Positions 40,964 to 43,828 of a stretch of 43,828 nucleotides of DNA are shown piece by piece. A program made the translations under genes and the position numbers. The DNA lies in IMG/VR virus record IMGVR_UViG_3300031718_000141, positions 1 to 43,828 of that record; one strand, given 5' to 3'. The stretch's first letter is position 1; each line of letters starts with the position of its first letter. This stretch comes from a virus. A model generated the notes under the pieces. That model did no database searches and was not told where the DNA came from. It saw only the letters and a list, made by a program, of their open reading frames with translations.

Positions 40964-41380
40964 TTAAGAGACTGATTGCTCAGCCGGGGCATTGGCGCGC
41001 CAAGAGGGAGTCGAACCCTCAACCTGCCCAGTTAGAGTGGGCCGCTCTGCCAGTTGAGCTACAGGCGCGTAAACTCGGTAATGCTTCAGTACTTCTCTCT
41101 GCTCGCCGCGAATCGGAGCCGTCGCAATCGCTGTAAATCCCAAGTCAAAATCAGGCTCCGTCCATTCGTAATGAGGGATGCCGTTGTCCCTCAGTTTCTT
41201 GGCGGTCTTGAGCAGTGAGCGCACGTTGGGCAAGCCAATCAGGACGATGTTCGGGCAGCCCGTCTCATGCCGAATCGAGACAAGCTGGTAGATGGCGTGA
41301 TTGGATTGGACGATTTGTTGCGCGAAAGTAATATCGGTGCGGACGAAAACGTAAACGTAGGAATCAGGAATCTATGACAT
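40964..41380 (-). CDS. PTH2-like (peptidyl-tRNA hydrolase 2 fold) protein. ATG-TCA-TAG opening with an in-frame amber at codon 3; the frame has no stop before the tRNA and only closes at TAA 40966-40964.
   Basis: Hand-translated. Domain codons 41371..41069 read IPDSYVYVFVRTDITFAQQIVQSNHA...PNIVLIGLPNVRSLLKTAKKLRDNGIP...FTAIATAP...VLKHYRVY. The ORF track sees only the TTG-started 3' part (40964..41233). Confidence 0.6.
40993..41068 (-). tRNA. tRNA with anticodon CUA (amber suppressor), 76 nt, CCA encoded
   Basis: Hand fold of GCGCCTG-TA-GCTC-AACTGGCA-GAGC-G-GCCCA-CTCTAAC-TGGGC-AGGTT-GAGGG-TTCGACT-CCCTC-TTGGCGC-G-CCA. All stems are Watson-Crick except U6.U67 and G7.U66. U8, A14, G18G19, A21, U33, A37 and the T-loop are conserved. 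The anticodon is at 41035-41033. Confidence 0.85.
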
Positions 41381-41386
41381 GTGCGC

Positions 41387-41415
41387 ATTCTAGAAAATCC
41401 CTCAAACACTGTCAA
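41387..41415 (-). promoter_or_regulatory. near-consensus sigma70-like promoter TTGACA - 17 nt - TAGAAT, then 6 nt to the ATG (leaderless)
   Basis: Minus strand: TTGACA 41415-41410, TAGAAT 41392-41387, ATG 41380-41378. Confidence 0.6.
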
Positions 41416-41425
41416 GCAAAATCCG

Positions 41426-41842
41426 CTAACCTTCCTCGACCGCTTGCTGCACGTTGTCGCCGTTATTGCTTGGCGGGTAGGTCTTGCCATGGCGCAACTG
41501 GAAGTGGAAGTGCTCGTTGTCCGTGCCCGCGTTCTCCAGCCAGCCGAAAAAGTAGTCCGTCACATAGCCGCCAGAGTTGACTATCGGCGTTCCAAAGTGA
41601 GCTAAAACCTTGTCCACGAAAACGGATTTAGTTACCTCGTCCATGTCATGCGAGCGCACGTCGTAGGCGCATCCGGCGTGGTGCGGGTCGAGGTTCCCGC
41701 TGTGCATCCCGTCCGTGCCCGAGGTGATTACTAGGTCGCGTCCCATCTCCTGTCCCGTCTCCCACAGAGCCGCCAGCAAAGCAAATCCTGAAGGAGCGAT
41801 GATTGAGAATTGCACACCCGGCGCTACCGTTATGACGTTCAT
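41426..41842 (-). CDS. endolysin, zinc peptidase M15 (VanY/L-Ala-D-Glu peptidase-like), 138 aa
   Basis: ITSGTDGMHSGNLDPHHAGCAYDV...EHFHFQL gives the H-x-D and H-x-H metal ligands. ATGA overlap with the holin. TAG stop. Confidence 0.65.
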   Translation of the reverse strand: MNVITVAPGVQFSIIAPSGFALLAALWETGQEMGRDLVITSGTDGMHSGNLDPHHAGCAYDVRSHDMDEVTKSVFVDKVLAHFGTPIVNSGGYVTDYFFGWLENAGTDNEHFHFQLRHGKTYPPSNNGDNVQQAVEEG

Positions 41843-42042
41843 ATACTCGCTTTCTTTTCAATCCGCCTGACGTACCAGCGTAGAGCGTCGTTCACCATGC
41901 ACAAGCCCGCGTGGACGCCCAGCAGCACTATGAGAATTGTAGCGCCCCATTTACAAACGGAGTCGTTCTCAGAGTGAAGCAGAAGGCAAAGCACGAGCGT
42001 GAATGTCCACCAAGGCACGTTTTTGTCATATCGGCTGTCCAT
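41839..42042 (-). CDS. holin (two TM helices, basic C-terminus), 67 aa
   Basis: WWTFTLVLCLLLH and GATILIVLLGVHAGLCMV, then RWYVRRIEKK. Sits immediately upstream of the endolysin. Confidence 0.6.
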   Translation of the reverse strand: MDSRYDKNVPWWTFTLVLCLLLHSENDSVCKWGATILIVLLGVHAGLCMVNDALRWYVRRIEKKASI

Positions 42043-42075
42043 TGTGGGTTCCTTTCGGAGGCGTGGGAACCGGGT

Positions 42076-42094
42076 AGCGCCAAGCTACAGGCGG
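42076..42094 (-). ncRNA. tRNA-derived minihelix-like sequence: positions 2-12 of the CUA tRNA fused to its 3' acceptor strand
   Basis: The minus strand reads CGCCTGTAGCT-TGGCGC. The tRNA has CGCCTGTAGCT at positions 2-12 and TTGGCGC at positions 66-72. Confidence 0.4.
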
Positions 42095-42179
42095 CTCCCA
42101 TGCCCGATTCGCGTTGCGTTTTTAGCTCAGACTTACACGCGCTTCCTTCTCTGCTGGCATCCGAACACCAGCAAGGCCG

Positions 42180-42617
42180 CTATGAAAGCTGGTTGATATT
42201 GCCGCCGGTGGCCGGTGTCGTCAGCAAGGGCACTGTGGCCGTCGCTGTGACTGCCGTGCCGTCCGAGGCTGTTCCTGCCACCGTCAAGGTGTAGCTCGTG
42301 AGCGTGTCCGCCACCGCATCCACCGCCGTCACCGTGTTCCCCGTGGGGTCCGATGCCAGAGGAGTCAGCGTCAGGCCGGGGTCACTCGAACTCCAGTTGA
42401 CCGCCGCGCCCGGTGTCATGCCGCCGTTCCACACCACCTGAAATACGCTCGTTCCGCCAATCTTCGTGCCGGTAATCGCCATCTGTTTTTCTCCTTGAAA
42501 GATTTTGCCGCCCGTTGCTGGCCTGCGAAGAAGAGAATGCGCCAAGGACACCAGTTCTTCAAGAGCATTTGCGATGCGTCCCAGGTCGAAATCGGCTAGT
42601 TTGTCCCATTCGCTCAT
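42180..42617 (-). CDS. Ig-like (Big_2-like) domain protein, 145 aa, with a strong internal start at 42482 (100-aa form)
   Basis: ORF track. AAGGAG lies 8 nt before the internal ATG. The Thr/Ala/Val-rich beta-sandwich-like C-terminal part is the Ig-like region. TAG stop. Confidence 0.6.
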   Translation of the reverse strand: MSEWDKLADFDLGRIANALEELVSLAHSLLRRPATGGKIFQGEKQMAITGTKIGGTSVFQVVWNGGMTPGAAVNWSSSDPGLTLTPLASDPTGNTVTAVDAVADTLTSYTLTVAGTASDGTAVTATATVPLLTTPATGGNINQLS

Positions 42618-42754
42618 GCTTTCCGCCTGTGCGTTACGCCGATGTAGAACAGCAAAATAGGCACACTGAACGGAGCCAGCAACTGCAAAAAGCCGTACAG
42701 GTACACAGCCAATGTCCCTGCCAGCCCCAGCCAGTCCTTGAGCGCGTGAAGCAT
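42614..42754 (-). CDS. small membrane protein, 46 aa (MLHALKDWLGLAGTLAVYLYGFLQLLAPFSVPILLFYIGVTHRRKA)
   Basis: Hand-translated. TAATG overlap upstream and ATGA overlap downstream. Confidence 0.4.
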   Translation of the reverse strand: MLHALKDWLGLAGTLAVYLYGFLQLLAPFSVPILLFYIGVTHRRKA

Positions 42755-42960
42755 TAGCTCTTAGGCGGATTCAGCGCGGCCATCATCGCCGTGTAAGCGG
42801 TATCGTTGCCCTGCGTCACAGTCTGAACCTGTGCAGCCAAGGCATCGTCAGTCAATCCGCTCTGCGAGCGCAAATTACCAATCCAGCCGAGCAGCGAATT
42901 TAGAAGCGTGAGTGCGAGGGTAATGTCTCCGGTTACGGGTCCTGCTGGTGTTGTTGCCAT
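42754..42960 (-). CDS. hypothetical protein, 68 aa
   Basis: ORF 42754..42963. ATG 42960 is in a TGATG overlap (or GTG 42963). Confidence 0.5.
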   Translation of the reverse strand: MATTPAGPVTGDITLALTLLNSLLGWIGNLRSQSGLTDDALAAQVQTVTQGNDTAYTAMMAALNPPKS

Positions 42961-43394
42961 CACTTTCCGCCTAGTCCCGTCAACAGGGCGCTGATTCCGG
43001 TGCTTACGCCTGTGACGATTGCTTGAATGTCGGCCTGCGCGTTAGGGTTGCTGACGTGAATGAGCGCTAGTTCCGTGGGGTTGGTGAGCGTGGCCTGAAA
43101 GGTCTGAGCGCACGCGGTATAGGCTCCGGCAGCGTTCCCGGCTGTATGGGCCGACTGAGCGCAAGAGGCAAAAGCCCCATTCCCGTCATTGGCAAATTTC
43201 AGCCAACCAAGAACGTTTGTCTCTTCCTGTACCGTGATGGTCCCATTTACCCGCAGAGCATCTACAGACTTCATGCCCGCCGCGATGCCGTTACCGATGT
43301 TGAGCGCGGCCTTCTCGCAAGCCCCGTAGTTGTCGGCGCACCCACCGAGCAGGAACGTCAGCACCGCAAAAATGGCCCATTTTCCTTTCTTCAT
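42960..43394 (-). CDS. lipoprotein, 144 aa
   Basis: MKKGKWAIFAVLTFLLGGC gives a signal peptide plus lipobox LGGC. GAGGTG SD. Confidence 0.65.
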   Translation of the reverse strand: MKKGKWAIFAVLTFLLGGCADNYGACEKAALNIGNGIAAGMKSVDALRVNGTITVQEETNVLGWLKFANDGNGAFASCAQSAHTAGNAAGAYTACAQTFQATLTNPTELALIHVSNPNAQADIQAIVTGVSTGISALLTGLGGK

Positions 43395-43441
43395 CAAGTC
43401 ACCTCACGTTGGATTTTACTCGTACTTTGGCCCTTGTCACG

Positions 43442-43531
43442 TTAATTCTTGAATATACCGCTCAGCCACCACCAGACAAACCCGCCTGCCAGCGCCAGCC
43501 CTGCCAGAAAGTATATGGCTCTGCGCCGCAT
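43442..43531 (-). CDS. very small membrane protein, 29 aa (MRRRAIYFLAGLALAGGFVWWWLSGIFKN)
   Basis: Hand-translated. AGGAGAGGG SD. Confidence 0.35.
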   Translation of the reverse strand: MRRRAIYFLAGLALAGGFVWWWLSGIFKN

Positions 43532-43559
43532 CGCCCTCTCCTATCGCTCCTCGGCCCCG

Positions 43560-43828
43560 CTACTGAACTTTCAGGTTCAACGTCCAATCTATTGCGCTCT
43601 TGGCCTCGGCAATCCATTTTTCCGCGTCTGCTCGCGTAGGACCGCCGTGGGATACGTGCGCGAAGGCCGACTCGACTAGGGCCAATCCGCTTTCCAATGC
43701 CTTGCGCTGGGTCTCAAACCTCACCCGTAGTTCCAGCACATCTTGGAAGGCCGGACTCCATCCCCAATCGCCCTTCTTTGGCGGGTCCTTGGCCCATCCG
43801 GTCGCAGCCGTCATGCATCCAGCCAACT
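43560..43828 (-). CDS. 3' part of the wrap-around hypothetical gene (see 1..164)
   Basis: ORF track 43560..43826. The true ATG lies at position 164 of the circle. TAG stop. Confidence 0.6.
   Translation of the reverse strand, partial: LAGCMTAATGWAKDPPKKGDWGWSPAFQDVLELRVRFETQRKALESGLALVESAFAHVSHGGPTRADAEKWIAEAKSAIDWTLNLKVQ
43702..43828. repeat. Terminal direct repeat, copy B (identical to 1..127).
   Basis: Exact 127-nt match to the start of the window. Confidence 0.95.

Noticed and set aside
40895-42094. tRNA fragments and repeats, considered as evidence for an attP site or temperate lifestyle.
   Set aside because: No integrase, excisionase or repressor-like gene is recognisable anywhere in the genome, so the fragments are reported only as sequence observations.
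1-43828. Genome-wide TAG reassignment (alternative genetic code), suggested by the CUA tRNA.
   Set aside because: I found no broken genes other than the PTH2-like gene, and coding density is already near-continuous under the standard code. Fourteen genes end at TAG, with starts or SDs directly after the stop (TAGGAG). ERF read-through would add about 70 residues of Arg-rich nonsense.

Overview
The window is one complete, circularly closed tailed-phage genome. Bases 1-127 recur exactly at 43702-43828, so the unit length is 43701 bp.

Layout:
- A minus-strand block runs from 9489 down through the junction to 40964. It holds about 29 small early genes (ERF-type annealing protein, two HNH nucleases, a Vsr/DUF559-like nuclease). 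Across the junction it continues with membrane and lipoprotein genes, a holin, an M15-like endolysin, a PTH2-like gene and a tRNA.
- A plus-strand block runs 9612-40891. It holds DNA-binding proteins, large terminase, portal, scaffold, capsid, adaptor/nozzle-like proteins, low-complexity putative ejection proteins, beta-helix fibre/spike genes and membrane proteins.
- Gene order, and the absence of any recognisable tape-measure, tube or sheath gene, suggest a short-tailed (podovirus-like) virion.
- I recognise no integrase, repressor, DNA polymerase or primase.
- Genes are tightly packed with ATGA/GTGA/TGATG/TAATG stop-start overlaps.

Most interesting signal (40964-41415, minus strand):
- A near-consensus promoter sits exactly where it would give a leaderless mRNA.
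- The gene opens AUG-UCA-UAG and then encodes a peptidyl-tRNA-hydrolase-2-like domain.
- That domain runs, with no stop codon, straight into a canonical tRNA with anticodon CUA (amber suppressor).
- Everywhere else the genome uses TAG as an ordinary stop.

Other points worth a second look:
- two in-frame TAGs placing the scaffold frame on a TGATG overlap with an SD-less, hairpin-occluded capsid start;
- a tRNA-Glu-like element with an expanded anticodon arm;
- a tRNA-derived minihelix;
- a strict (X-Gly)39 Tyr/Ser/Asp repeat protein;
- a repeated leaderless promoter geometry;
- seven free-standing nuclease genes;
- six consecutive signal-peptide-bearing genes in the fibre region;
- iteron-like 12-mers inside an early gene.

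Limits: all family names come from motif recognition by eye. No database search, tRNA predictor or RNA folding program was run.
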